Shown: positions 49,306 to 61,380 of the stretch, piece after piece
Layout: every line of letters begins with the position of its first letter
Numbering within the stretch: position 1 is the stretch's first letter
Assembly (NCBI GenBank): GCA_028534125.1
Contig: CM052818.1
Location: forward strand, 18,850,001 to 18,914,000
Reading direction: 5' to 3'
Length of the DNA: 64,000 nucleotides
Source of the DNA: Lama glama
Lineage: Eukaryota
Notes under the pieces: generated by a model
Database searches by the model: none
What the model saw: the letters and a program-made list of their open reading frames with translations, nothing else
Told to the model about the DNA's origin: nothing
Program-made: the position numbers and the translations under genes

Positions 49306-49510
49306 CGGCTGTATAGACTCTTCTCTCTCCATCTGCTCGCTCCTGGCAGAGCCCCACCAACCACTGGTGAGCAACTTCCATGGTGTCAATTCTTGCAGTT
49401 CCTGCACCCAGCTGCTCAGCAGTATGAAATATGCACTGCAAACCATACTCTCCTCTTTTCTCCTGGAGCTGCAGTGCATCCTCTCTGCTAGGCTCTGCAG
49501 ACTCCTTACA
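49306..49510 (-). pseudogene. STK31-like exon relic (coiled-coil region)
   Basis: Donor ccg|gtgaat at 49305. AEQL / VQELQELTPWKLLT (frameshift) vs STK31 VEQIAQELQQEKAAAVDLT. Confidence 0.5.
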
Positions 49511-50048
49511 GGTCCAGCTCCTCCTTAAGATTCCACAGTTCACAAAAGGCAACTGAGGGAGCTATACAAGGTTTACTTGCAGGAAAGAGGTAGCACAAAA
49601 ATAATATGCAATCTCAGTGAGTTGTAAAATAAGAGTGGGGACAGATTCTGAAGATTTCTTGTAGTGCTGGCAACAAGGCTGAGTGAGGGAACACCTGGCA
49701 GGCCCCTTCCCCCAGCCACACTCCCCATCAAATCATCACCCCTGGAGTCCAGTTCTGTTCTTAGGGAGCTTCTGAGTGGATCATTTCCCCCATATTGCAG
49801 AGAATTCTAAAAATATTTCCCAAAGCTTATGTACAGGCAAATAGAAGGGAACCTATGATTTAAACATTTTAATTTCACAATTAACTGTTACTCTGGGCAA
49901 GTCAGTAAACCTCACTACGCCTGTTTTCTCAGCTATGAAATGAAACTGTTGGACTAGGAAGTCTTTAAGGGCTCTGCCAGCTCAAAAAAATTTCAACTCC
50001 AGGACTTCGGATGATCCAAAAAACATTTCCTTTTAGTTTTAGAAATTA

Positions 50049-50085
50049 TACACACACACACACATACACACACACACACACACAT
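50049..50085. repeat. (CA)n microsatellite
   Basis: Interrupted CA run. Confidence 0.9.
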
Positions 50086-52509
50086 AAAATATAGATGTTA
50101 TATATATAAAATCTCGGATATATTCACCCCATAAAGGTTTTGCATAGTCTATGTTTAAATAAGTTGGTGTTTTCTAAGTATAACTTAGACAGAACAGGTC
50201 ACTTGGGGCTATTCTGGCTGAATTTCAAGGAAACAGCAATCCACCTAGTGGATAATTCACATATGGTCAAGAATTGGAAGGCTCCAACCAGTTTTTAATA
50301 GGCCTGAGAGTTAAAGCAATTCTGTCTTATTATTCTCTCAGTGGCAACCTCAGTGTTGAGTAAATCTCCGCAAACTCAGAATCGGATGTTTGTTGCTGTT
50401 TGTTCTCTGCCAGGTAATTGTAAATGTGTGTGTCTGCATTTGCAGAGAGCTATGACTTCTCAGTCATTTGCCCTCATATCCACCACCACCTCCAAATGTT
50501 TCTTTTCTGAAAGCACACACAAAAATGTTACTGGGTTAAATGTAAATATGAAATGCTGCCTCAGAAACAAACATATCAAGTGTGTGCTTGGTGGTGCTCA
50601 AAGGCTATCATTGCTCATGTAGTACTCCCTTTTGCTCACTCACCATCAAACTCACATTACAAACAATGTAAAGAGAGAAAAATCCTGAGTTGTCATCTCC
50701 CACAGTATTACCGCAATTGAAAGGTAATGAGCCTGTTATTGGTATGGGCCAGGAGTTGTTTTAATGGGTTTCCCAGCCTGTTGAGAATTATTTTAGGTCT
50801 CTGAGTTGAGGAGAGTGAAACCTGAAATCACCCAGTTACTTCTGTCAGACCTTGTAATTGATGTCACCAGGCATTTCTTAGAGAGTAGACTAAACCTCTT
50901 CCCACCTGCCAGGCATGTTCATTTTCATCAGTTAAAAAAATAATAAAATATAAGTTTATTGAAAATAATCCTTAATACCTGTTCATCCACTCATTCTACA
51001 TTCTGAACGAACTTTAAAAACAAAGTTAAACATGCTGCTTCTGATTTGCTCTGTATGCTTTGACGTGCCAGTAGTTGTTAGCACACACAGAAGAGAAGCT
51101 CGTAGATGATTCTCAACTTTGAAACCCTTTAACACTTACTTTGGTAGCATACAGTGTATGGGACATATCAAATAAAGTAAATGAAATTACTTTTATAATT
51201 CTAAAATAAAGTTTGCAGTTTCTTGATGTTAGAAGTCTGTGTTATCAATTATATCAGTTAAAGTTCAGTTGCAGGAAACAAATCACTGACTGAAGAGCAT
51301 CTAAAATAGGGAATCAGGTGCATACAGAATTGTTGGGGAGGCTAATAGGAGTGGGATAAGCTGAATCCTTTCTATGAGCCCCAGAACATCACCACTGAAC
51401 TGTCTTACCAGAGGAGTGTCACAGTCAGAAGGTGGAGATTCAGGAGCCCCCTCTGCAAAGTGTTGCTTTTAAGAATACACCACTGAGACTGTGATTCCAA
51501 AGATCAGGAAGCTGCCACCACAATTGCCTTTTGGCATCTGTGAAGCTAATCTCTGGACACTAGGATGCTGTTGCAATGACCATGACTGTCAGCAGGAACA
51601 GCTAAGAACATGAGAAGGTGGTGCCTGTTCCTTCTGCTTTCCAAATCTTGCTTAATACACTGAATTGATGCATTCAACTTCACATCCAGAACCAGCTGCA
51701 AAGGAGTATAAGTGTGAGGGTTTTTTTGTTAACATAAATAATCATTAATTATTATTGTCGTTAAGTACCACAAAGGCAAAGCACAGAATATAATGATAAT
51801 ATATAACAGGGTGATCTGACTTCATTTGCAGGCAGTAGCCAGTCCTTTACCATCACAAAAAATGCCACAATGAATGGTCTTGTATTTATATAACTTGAAA
51901 TGTGTACAAGTGTATTCACAGAATAAATTCCTGAAAGTAGAATTGCTTAGTCAATGGGCATGTTGTTTGTAATTTTTCAAAGAAAGCATTTTATTTTATT
52001 CATTAGTTCATTTTATGAACAGCTAATACAACATGCACAGGGTAAAAAGATAAAACGCACAAAAAGGTATTTAGTGGAAAGTAGATTTTCTTCACAATCC
52101 ATCCAGAGATATTCTATGTATATGCAAGCACATAGACACATACATATACATATATACCCACACACAACATATGTACATATAAATTAATATGTAGAATTTC
52201 TCCTCTTTGGGCAGATTTTTATTTTTTTCTGCATTATAGTCTATTGGGACCAGGAGAGTTTTGCGACACATAGTAAGTCCCCAGGCTTCAGTGTACCACC
52301 ATTGTGTTAGAAACATCCTTTATTACTGTCTCGTCAACTTTATTGTCCATATGTGGGTTTCACTATGCCTGTGTAGTACTCTGGAGGCAAGGACAGCTGT
52401 GGATCATGGTCCTGTACAGTCCTTGGCCTCAGATTTTCTAACAAGATCTTCTATGCTTTGTGTAGGACCAGCATCATGGAGTTCATCTTCTCTATCACCT
52501 CCTTCTCCC

Positions 52510-54110
52510 CTGTGTTGAATCTCCCGTTTTATGTAGTCCATGTATTCTTTCTTGCTTTACTCCCTTCATTTAATGGAGCATATTTTCCAGCAATTTTCTG
52601 AAAAAGCATACGTGGAGGGTAAATTTTTGAGATTCTGGAGTCTGACAATATTCTTACTCTATCTTTCCACTTGATTGATAAAGTGACTAGATATAGAATT
52701 CCATATTAGGAGTATTTTTTCTTCAGTTTTGAAGGCTTTGCTCCATTGACTTCTAGTTTTTCGTGCTGTTGTTGAAAAATCAGAAGCTCTTCTGATTTTC
52801 TGCTATGTGACCAATTTTTTAGTAGGATTTTCTCTTTGTTCCTAGTGAAATTTCATAATGACATGCCTCTGTGTGAGTCTAATTTCCATCCACTATCTTC
52901 AGCATCCAGTAGGCCCCTTTCAGTCTGAAAACCCTGGGTATTCTCTTGAATTATTCATTGCTACTTTCTTCCCCTCTGTTATTTAGATGTTGGATCTCCT
53001 GACTGGCTCCACTTTTCTTATCATTTCTCTCCCATTTTTCTTCTTTTGGTCTTTTTGCTCTATTTTCTGGGAAATTTCCCAGCTTTATCTTCCAAAATTT
53101 CTACTGAGGGTGTTTTTTGTTTTGTTTTGTTTTTTGTTTTTTTACTATTGTTATCATCTTTTAAATTTCTAAGAGCTCTTTTTTTGGTTCTTTAATTTTT
53201 TTTCATAGCATTCAGGGTGCAGACTTGTCTCATTTTGCTAAGGATATTAATATAGTTTTTTTTAAAAAGTGTTTTAACTTTCCTACAAGGGCTCTTTCTC
53301 TAAGTTACTTTTCTTCTGTTTGTTTGCTTTGGTCTTTTTTCATCCATGTTAGGGTTTTTCCTCAAATGTCTGGTAATCCTTAGTTGTCTGTTCATGATTT
53401 AAAGTGAGAGATTAATTTTCTGGGGAGATGGAAATGTTCCATATTGTGTTAGGGGTGTGAATTGCACAGATGTGTGCATTTACCAAAATTGGATGTACGC
53501 ATTTCAATACTATGTATAAAATGCCCAAAAATGCCCATTTAAATAACTAAAAATAAGTGAGGAATGAAAACAGTGGAGGCTCTGAGCAAGTAGGTAGGAC
53601 TTACCAAGCTAGAGGTTTACCTTTTTTACATCTGGGTGGACCATTTGTTGGTTCAGGATCCGGCCCTCAGTGGAACCTAGCATTCTCCAGCCCTGACACC
53701 TTCTTTTACCTTCTTAGTTAATACTGCTCCCCTCCAGGATCTGCTAGGATAAAAGAGGGTAGTTACCCAGCACTGTGGAATAGGGAAGGGCTTCAAACTG
53801 CTGCTCAAACAGCCTTCACCCATTCCTCCTTATTTCAGCATGATGCCCCTTCACCCCAGCTCCAGTATTACCCAGTACTATGAATTCTTCAACCTTTTGA
53901 AAATCCTGCAGTGTAAATTGGTTTCTCTGCTTCTTCATTGCCACTATCCAGTTTCCAATATATTACTGTTCTTGCCTCTTCCTTTCCCAGCTCCAGATGG
54001 TTTATGTCTTTCAAAAAAAATAAACTTCTTTCTTGTACTTTTTGTAGGGTTTCAAGAAGAGGCACAGTTAGATGTGTATATTCAATCAGCTATCTTCACT
54101 GGAGAGTCAG
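52510..54110 (-). mobile_element. Ancient L1M fragment
   Basis: T-rich degenerate ORF1/5' region (TTGAAGGCTTTGCTCCATTGACTTCTAG; TTCAATCAGCTATCTT...GGAAATC end). Confidence 0.6.
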
Positions 54111-56649
54111 GAAATCAGAAATATGCTTTTTAACTCTCTAGCTTCTGCAGTACAGGAAGGCTTTGTATAAGGAGTTTGGAATAGCTGCTAAAAGTACTCC
54201 ACAAAGTTGTCACATTCTACCCTTTGACCACTCAACATCTATACATACCCTTCTTCCTGTACTTTAATTCCTAAACAACAGTAGCAACCACGGCATGCTT
54301 CACGTAACAAAATGCAGTGATCCTTCGTGCAAATGAAAACATGTTCAGTGTCTCTCTGAAGGGGAAATTTTAAAATGCTCTTCCTCTGTCCTCTCTCTGA
54401 GTATTGTTCATTCTTTTAGTTCAGGAATAATCTCTCCTGGATATCCTGTAGCCTAAAAACTATAAATTCTAAGATTAACCATTACCAACACATGAAGTAG
54501 TAAGGATGAAGGGGTACTGATTATTATGTGTAATTTGCATGTGTTAGGAAGAAAATAGGGGTGGCTGCTATAGTCCTTGTTTCTGAAACTGGTCATGAGG
54601 CTGCAGGTGGTATTTATACTTTCCTTCCTTTGTGCCAGCAGCTTAGCTATTTGGGGTTCGTTTTGTCTGTCTATTCCACTAGTGGCAAGGCTAGGTGTAT
54701 TGGACTGCCAACAAGGAAATTTTAGATGGGTCCTCCCTTATCGTTTGCTGTTTTCAAAATGCAAATCTCTGGCCTTCTGGAATTGCAGGAAGCTAGATAT
54801 TATTGATTTCTATGAAAGGAGGAAAGCAAACAGGGATCATGTGCTGCACTTTCTATGTAGACAACATCTCAGCCTGACAGCTGAGCACTTCTAGCAAGTT
54901 AAGCAAAAACGGATTAATTTACCAATGGAAGGAAGATGGACTTGCCTTGAATTGAAGGCTAACTAGTATCAAGATTGCTGTTGTTCATCATCCAAATGGT
55001 GAAGCCTGACCTTGTGTTTAAGAAAACCACCAGCTTCAGTGTAGAGGTGGTCAGCAGGGGCAAAAGCAAGGAAAATTGAGGTAGTCCTCAAAAAGCAGTT
55101 TTGGAAGGGTAGTAAAATTTATTTTAGTGCCTTCCTTTCTCCCTCATCAGCCTGAGCTTTTTCTCCCTCCCTGGCCTGTATTGCATTTGTTCCAATCTCT
55201 GCTGAAATAGTAACCGTTTATAATATGTCATCTGATAAAGGATTGTTATAACCGCTTCAAAAGACATTTTTATTTCAATAGAGTATTCATCAAAATCAGA
55301 AAGGTTTTGAAATTAAACAGTAGAACTTTACTGATAAAGTAACAGATGATGGCATTAATCTGCCCCACCCCCACCTGATTTTGAGCAGAAGGTTCCACTA
55401 GCCTATAAAATTGTTCCACTGAATTGATCTGTAATATAGATTATAATTAGTGCTAGGGACAGGGTTATATCCGTGTCCCCTGACATCTGGCCCACATTCA
55501 TACCCTATTGTCATTGAGCTCAAAAATGGTTTTATTAACTTATAGTTCCATTATTATCCAGCTCAGAATGTGTGGGTAGTGGTTAGCTTGGATGTTTAGG
55601 ACATAGAGCTCTAGAATGTCAGCAAAAGTTATATCTCAGACTATCTAATCATCTTCCAAATTCATACCTGGTCTCTAGGAACATTGGCTTGGCAACCAAT
55701 TGTAATGTTACCGGGTCCCACTCATCTGGCAATATAAGAACACTTCTTGGTGCTGTTTTCACACTGGGAAACTTACGCAAGGTTGAGTTGAGAAACCGGT
55801 GTATTTAGGGTTTGAGGTAGCTCGCATTAAATTGGGGACTTTCCAGGCAAGAAAAAATCAAGTATTAAGTCATATCCTGGACACTGGGGCCCAGAGAAGG
55901 GAGTGGTAAACCATAAAAGGATTATTTAAGGTTTGCTTTAGGGAAAGATTTTGGTGCTCCTTGGAGAACTAAAATAATAGACACATCAACCTCTGCCTTC
56001 AGTGAGTCAAAGGATGCTGCCAGCCCTTAGATTCAGTACCTGCTAATTTGGAGTTCATGATCTTTTGACTCTGCCTTTGTGCTTTCTATGAGAATAAGAT
56101 TTATTAAACAATTGACTAGAAGGAGTTTTCAGAGGAAATAATGAAACCATTTTAGAGAATAAACTCTTCACAAGGAAACAGTTGCTAAGCTAATTAAAAT
56201 GAATGCTGTTTACCTGTTAATTAATTATAGGAAGGACCTAGAAGGCCCTTCCCTTGAGATATTTTATTAGTTTTAAATGTAGTTACTCTAACCGCTCACA
56301 GTTAATTATGTTACACTTATGTGGCTGAGTTTGCAATTCATACTTGCCTCTGTCCCCAACAAGCAGTTCAAAAAGCGGAATTTTACTAGAAGCAATGAAA
56401 TGAGACTGTGTGCCACAGACTGAAGAAAACATTGATCCTTGCTCAGGAAGAAAGGGGCTGGTGGCGACAGTAAAAAGCTTTCAGTAGGAAGGAAGCAAAT
56501 GACTTAGGTAAAGTATTTGGATGGTCTGTCAAATAACAAACCAGAGGAAATTGTGGGGTGGGTCAGGAAAAAGCTAACTGAAAAGACCTTCATAGCGATG
56601 TCAACAACCCGATAGGAGTGAGTGCACTTGTGGGTTTGGGTTGCCATGA

Positions 56650-56860
56650 GCTGAAAGTCTGATGAATGTGAGAAAATGGACAGTTTATGAATTTGAAAGT
56701 CCAGGGAAATCCATGCTCTTGAAAGGGTCTTGCCATTTTGTAATCATTAAACCTTGCAGGGAAGGTTGGCCTCAGAGAAACTGACCGCAGAGTAGGTTCA
56801 CTCTGAAACCTGCCATGAGAATGGAGACACATTAACATTAGCCTAGCTGCCTGATGGGGT
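56650..56860 (-). pseudogene. Candidate STK31-like exon relic (extended Tudor/SN region)
   Basis: FQSEPTLRSVSLRPTFPARFNDYKMARPFQEHGF vs FEKEIKMRIKATSEDGTVIAQAEYGSVDIGEEVLKKGF. Weak, but in the expected order. Confidence 0.4.
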
Positions 56861-57499
56861 GGGGACCCTGTTTACCTGCATAGTGAGATGGAGCCCTGTT
56901 TTACTGTATAACAATTCCCCCAGTAAATACTCCCTGTTATCATGGTCTGAGAGACATTCCCTGCAATTAAAAGAAAAATTTGCTTTGGTTCAACTTGAAA
57001 GTTAACACCTTTAAATTGGTTTTATTATAAGAAGTAAAATCAAAACAAAACAAAAACCATTGTAATTGCTGTGTCTGTGTAGGCGGATGCTCTGCTCGTA
57101 GTACACGTGCATATAAGTTCAGCACCAAACCCTGTGCCAAGGAGGCGGGACAGAGAAGAGACTGCTGGAAACCAGGGCACTTGCTGGTTAAAAAGTTTAC
57201 TCAAGAAATAAGTTCAATTAAACAAATCAGGGAAAGGGGAAGCAGAAAAGAATTCCTTCTGTTTTTGCTCACTTTTTGGGTCTAGGAACCTGTACTCATT
57301 TTTGTTAGGGAAACAACTATTGATAATACTGGAAATTAACTGTGTTCATTGCATTTAAAAAATATTTCAAATGTGATTTTTCCATTTGAGATGCTTTATT
57401 TTTGCCCTGAAGTTTTATTTATACCAGCTAGGTTGTTTTGTTGTTCACAAAAGTCTCTCTGCCCGCTAGACTGGAAGCTCCTTAGGGGTAAATTTCGAT

Positions 57500-57660
57500 C
57501 TTCTCAACTCTCAAGTTGCTTTGCTTTTTCCCTTCCCTGTAAATCAACCACAGATATCTTTGGACAGTGCTTTGATGCTGCCAATTCTGGAGGCATTGTT
57601 TGGTATTAGAAATCGCTGGAAGGTAGCCAATTTCCCAAAGAGCAAAAAGTAAACCAGCAT
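57500..57660 (-). pseudogene. STK31-like Tudor exon relic
   Basis: ctaactgacaatttcag|ATG. MLVYFLLFGKLATFQRFLI / MPPEL / VQRYLW (two frameshifts) vs CLVRYIDYGNTEILNRSDI / IPLEL / AKKYKLW. Confidence 0.65.
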
Positions 57661-57994
57661 CTGAAATTGTCAGTTAGATGTTTTTCTGGTCACACTAGAA
57701 CTCTTGAACCCTTTGCAAGGAATTATAAGGAAGATGCAAGGTAACCAAGTCTTTAGGGGTGAATGCCAAGGTGCAGATGCAAAGAAGGCCCTCTGTTTGC
57801 TACCCCTCACCACTGCCTGTGACATCTGCTAACAAATGCCACAGACCTGGAAATCAGTACCCCCATGAGCTGTGGGTTTTGGAAAACACTCTAGTAACAC
57901 CGCTATCTCTAGAACATTGAGGAAATAAATGCATCTCAAAAACATTCTATGAATAAATACAATCATGCACTCTTTTGACTACTTAAATTGTTTT

Positions 57995-58160
57995 TAACTT
58001 GGAAATAGAGACAACGGATGCCAATGGGGGAAATTGTACCCAGTGTTCTGAAACTCCATAGATAAGATCAGGTACAAATCTGAAGGGTTTGAAGGCTTTC
58101 GGGACCTCCAGCTGATGATCCTGGAGAAAGGCAATGCCATCTGGAAGCCCAAAGACAATT
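57995..58160 (-). pseudogene. STK31-like Tudor exon relic (N-terminal)
   Basis: ttctatttgcctgatag|. Open frame (ORF track 57983-58171) LPDGIAFLQ...LEVPKA...PDLIYGVSEHW...VVSISK vs IEDAVTFWAQ...SEVCPQA...PNKIYGGLFSEDQCW...IISVEK. Confidence 0.65.
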
Positions 58161-58216
58161 CTATCAGGCAAATAGAATGGTTAGAGTTAATTATAGCAGT
58201 AAATAAGAGTTCAGAG

Positions 58217-58290
58217 CACGTGACTCGTAGGAGCCATGCTGAATGGTACTTCCTGTCTCTGACGTAACCAGGTGAACCTGGTCATGTGAC
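58217..58290. promoter_or_regulatory. Dense TF-motif cluster (candidate promoter/enhancer)
   Basis: CACGTGAC 58217-58224, ACTTCCTGT (ETS) 58248-58256, TGACGTAA (CRE/ATF-like) 58260-58267, CAGGTG 58269-58274 and GTCATGTGAC 58281-58290, all within 74 bp with CpGs retained. Confidence 0.55.
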
Positions 58291-58595
58291 TGCTTCATTT
58301 GTCATTATAGCAATTTGATTTTCTCCCTCTGTAGCTCAAATGACTGTTTAAATTGCAATATTGGAGAACTGATGATGTCAGCAAGCTCTTTCAGTATTTC
58401 CTCTATAATTTCCCTTGGCTGTGAAGCTCCTTGTTCCCCAATACCAGCACCTTATTATCTGGGCAAGCCCCTCACAGTTGCTCCAAGTTTGGGCCCTTCA
58501 GCCTTGTTCTTTCTCTGCTACCTTATGAGTTGTCTGGGAGTGCTGTTCACATGACACTCCCCACAACCGGAAACTACGGAATATCTTGCTTATTG

Positions 58596-58784
58596 CAGTG
58601 GTTTTCTAAGTGTGGTGCCTGAACCTGCAACATCAGAATCACCTGGGAACTTCCTGGAAATGCAAATTCTTGGTCCTCACCTCAGGAACACTGATTCAGA
58701 AACTCTGAAGATGGGCCCCAGCCATCTGTGGTTTAACAAGCCCTCCAGGTGATTCTGACTCATGCTAAGGGTTGAGAACCACTG
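58596..58784. mobile_element. MER5A
   Basis: CAGTGGTTTTCTAAGTGTGGT...TTTAACAAGCCCTCCAGGTGATTCTGA...TTGAGAACCACTG. Confidence 0.9.
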
Positions 58785-59094
58785 GCCTGTTGGATCAAGT
58801 GGAAGCTGTTTTTCTGTTCTTTAAGGCTCTGTCATCTGCTCTGGCCTGTGTGTTCCATTCTGTTGGTACTTAGTAAACACCAGTTCTGTGCTGGGGATTT
58901 ACATTTGCACTCTGGCTAGCCTGAATCCTAATTTGTTATGCTTTGTATTGCTCAGTAAGTTTTTTATTTATTGACAATACCAAGTAATATGATATTCCAT
59001 AGATATGAAAGAATATCCCATATGAACGAGACATATTCTTTCATATACTGAAATGTTAAAAAAAACTGCTAAAGATTTTTGCATTCCTGTACGA

Positions 59095-59650
59095 ATTATC
59101 CTTAGCTAGATAACAAATAACCCCCAAAACTAGAGGCTTAAAACAACAAACATTTATTATCATAGTTTCTGTAGATCAGGAATCTGAGTGCTATTTAGCG
59201 GAGCACCTCCGTCTTCTCAAGGTCTCTTACAAGGCCCCAATCAGGGTGACATTGGTGCTGTTGACTCATCTGATTCCATGCTTGCTCACTGGTTGTTGGC
59301 AAGGTTCCTTGCGGGTTGTTGGCCTTAGGGCCTCAGTTCCTCACTGGATGTTGATCACAGGCCTCTCTCAGTTCCTTGCCTCATGAACCTCTCTACAGGC
59401 CACTCACATCATGGCAGCAGGCTTCCCTCAGAGCGAGCAAACAAGAGAGAGCTAGACTGGGTAAGCAATTATGTACCATAGTTTATTTAACCATTCAACT
59501 CCCTACTGTTGATAGTATTTGGGGATATTTCTAGCTTTTTGCCATTAAAAATAATGCCACAATGGAAAAAAAAAATTGAGTGAGCAAACAGGATGGAGGT
59601 CACAGTCTCTCTGTACCCTCATCTTGGGTGTGACATCCCATCATCTTTGC
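59095..59650 (-). mobile_element. MLT1-type LTR interrupted by a small L1-like piece (~59470-59575)
   Basis: GGCTTAAAACAACAAACATTTATTATC...GGGCCTCAGTTCCTCACTGG...GTGACATCCCATCA. Confidence 0.7.
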
Positions 59651-61204
59651 TGGGTCCTAACTTCTCACTTTCTGATCCACAGCTTCTCTAAACACTAGGG
59701 TGAGGGATGCCCAAAGGAACCACTCAACACTCATCTACCACACTTTGCTTGATGTACACCCATGGGTTCATTATAGCTAATTTTTCATTTGGATAGTGAA
59801 TTGTGGTAAACATTTTCACGAGATTTTATACACATATTTAGATTGCTAGAATTCATATGGTAAGGGGCACACCCACTTGTGGAATCCTCCCCTAATCCTA
59901 GGTACTTCTGCATCCTCATATGCCTATCATCCTATGGGTTCAACCTAAAAGTGGCAGAATGGAGATAAGAATTGAAGTTTTCTGATTATTCACCTAATGC
60001 TCTTTTCATAGCAATACATTGATTACTAGCTATGATTCAAGTTGCAAAATTATTCTTCATTAAAAAATAATTTATCATATATTATAGCTTGTACTCCACT
60101 ATATATTTTAAATTAATTAGGGTCCAGCTAGTAAAAACGTCACATATTCAACATTCCAGGAAAAAGGAAGAAAGGAAATTGAAATAACTTGAGGAAGAGT
60201 TAGGCACTCAGTAGGTGTCATTACAGTTAATCTCATATTATTTCCATTTCACAGATGATAAAACCAAACATCATTTTGATGACTAGGCTAGCCTGGGGTT
60301 TCCCAGCTACTAAACAGTGAAATGGATTTGAAGCTGGGTATGTCTCATTCTAAAGCCTCTGCTCTTCCTAGTGGATCAAATGCTATTTTACTGACTGTAA
60401 TCTGTAAAGCACTTGATAAATGTAAATTATTAAATTACCTAAAATCTTCCATTTAATTGACTTCATCAACCTCAGAAGCATAGTGATATCTATATCTAAT
60501 AAAGATCATTCCTGCTACCTTTAAAACAGATCCATATTTTTAACTGCAGACAGCTGCTTCTGGTTAGACAATTTTCAAAGTTAGACCATGAAACATTACA
60601 AGGCAAGACATTTGAAACTCTCTCCAGTTCTTGTTCCTGAGTCAACTGTATAATTTCTTGACCACATAAGATTTGTACAGTCTGTACACTTGGGTTAGTT
60701 AACTAGTGGCTTGGAAAAAAGGAGAAGTGTGAATTCAGAAAAGCAGCTGCTTCTGAGTAGAATGATATCAGACAGTCTCAAAATAAACTTGATCCAAGAT
60801 TGTGTATTCTCCTGTGAATTGGTTGGTACGTCTTGAAACTTCCTCACTTTGCAATGATTATATTAAATCACCTTTCTATTTTTGTAAGATTAGGCTATCA
60901 GTGGTTTTAAACCCATTTGTAGAAACCAGCCTCTTTTTCAAATGGAATCTTTTGTGAAACATTAATATGTAAATCAGATAAGATAAAAAATGGTGAGGTC
61001 TGGAATGGGAGCCCAGAGGCACATCAGCTCTCCTCCAGCTTGGGCCTAAAAAAGGAGGATTGCCAAGACCCTCTGCAGAATGCCCACGTAAGGCCTCCGA
61101 GGTCCCTTACAAGTCGAAAATTCTTTGAACCAATGGCTCTGTTGAGTATGTGTTGGTTATCTTATTGCCATGAAAATCAGTTGTATTCAACAAGGGGGAA
61201 ATAA

Positions 61205-61380
61205 CAATAACTGTCTTTCTCTGGGAACAGCTGGTCTGGAAATTGGAACACTTTAGTTCTAATCCCAGCTCTGCCACTATTTAGGTTTGTTACCTTGGAT
61301 GCTGTTGCCCATCTATAAAATGAGGATAAAACATTCTCTACCTACTTTATTTTAAAATACATTTTCTTGTGAGATTAAAA
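61205..61380 (+). mobile_element. MIR fragment
   Basis: GTTCTAATCCCAGCTCTGCCACT...CATCTATAAAATGAGGATAA. Confidence 0.7.

Larger units (their letters stand above)
5200..58171 (-). pseudogene. Heavily decayed multi-exon STK31 (TDRD8)-like paralogue: Tudor, helical region, kinase-like module apparently twice
   Basis: About 20 minus-strand islands between repeats, most bounded by polypyrimidine-AG and GT. Their translations match recalled human STK31 in colinear order: PDLIYGVSEHW~PNKIYGGLFSEDQCW; LVYFLLFG~LVRYIDYG; MPPEL~IPLEL; VQELQE~AQELQQ; KDAITRCQG~SDAIQVLDEG; LLRW..SNLE~LLRW..SNLE; PYFP~PYYP; SEKQTLSQM~SEETLKVM; EEHGCLGE~REQGIVGD. Multiple stops and frameshifts. Alignment by eye only. Confidence 0.75.

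Noticed and set aside
49306..49384. Perfect Kozak ACCATGG starting MEVAHQWL as a first coding exon
   Set aside because: Homology continues upstream to the Tudor exons at 56-58 kb, so this is probably an internal exon and the Kozak context is incidental.
49431..49479. 10-bp inverted repeat ATGCACTGCA / TGCAGTGCAT
   Set aside because: Short stem with a long loop, expected by chance in 64 kb, and not pre-miRNA-like.
50241..50251. CTCF-like CCACTAGGTGG (minus)
   Set aside because: Lacks the following conserved C. A single partial motif is not enough evidence.
5200..58171. Functional STK31 orthologue
   Set aside because: It has multiple stops and frameshifts and only distant similarity. A mammalian orthologue would be readily alignable, so no gene symbol is assigned.
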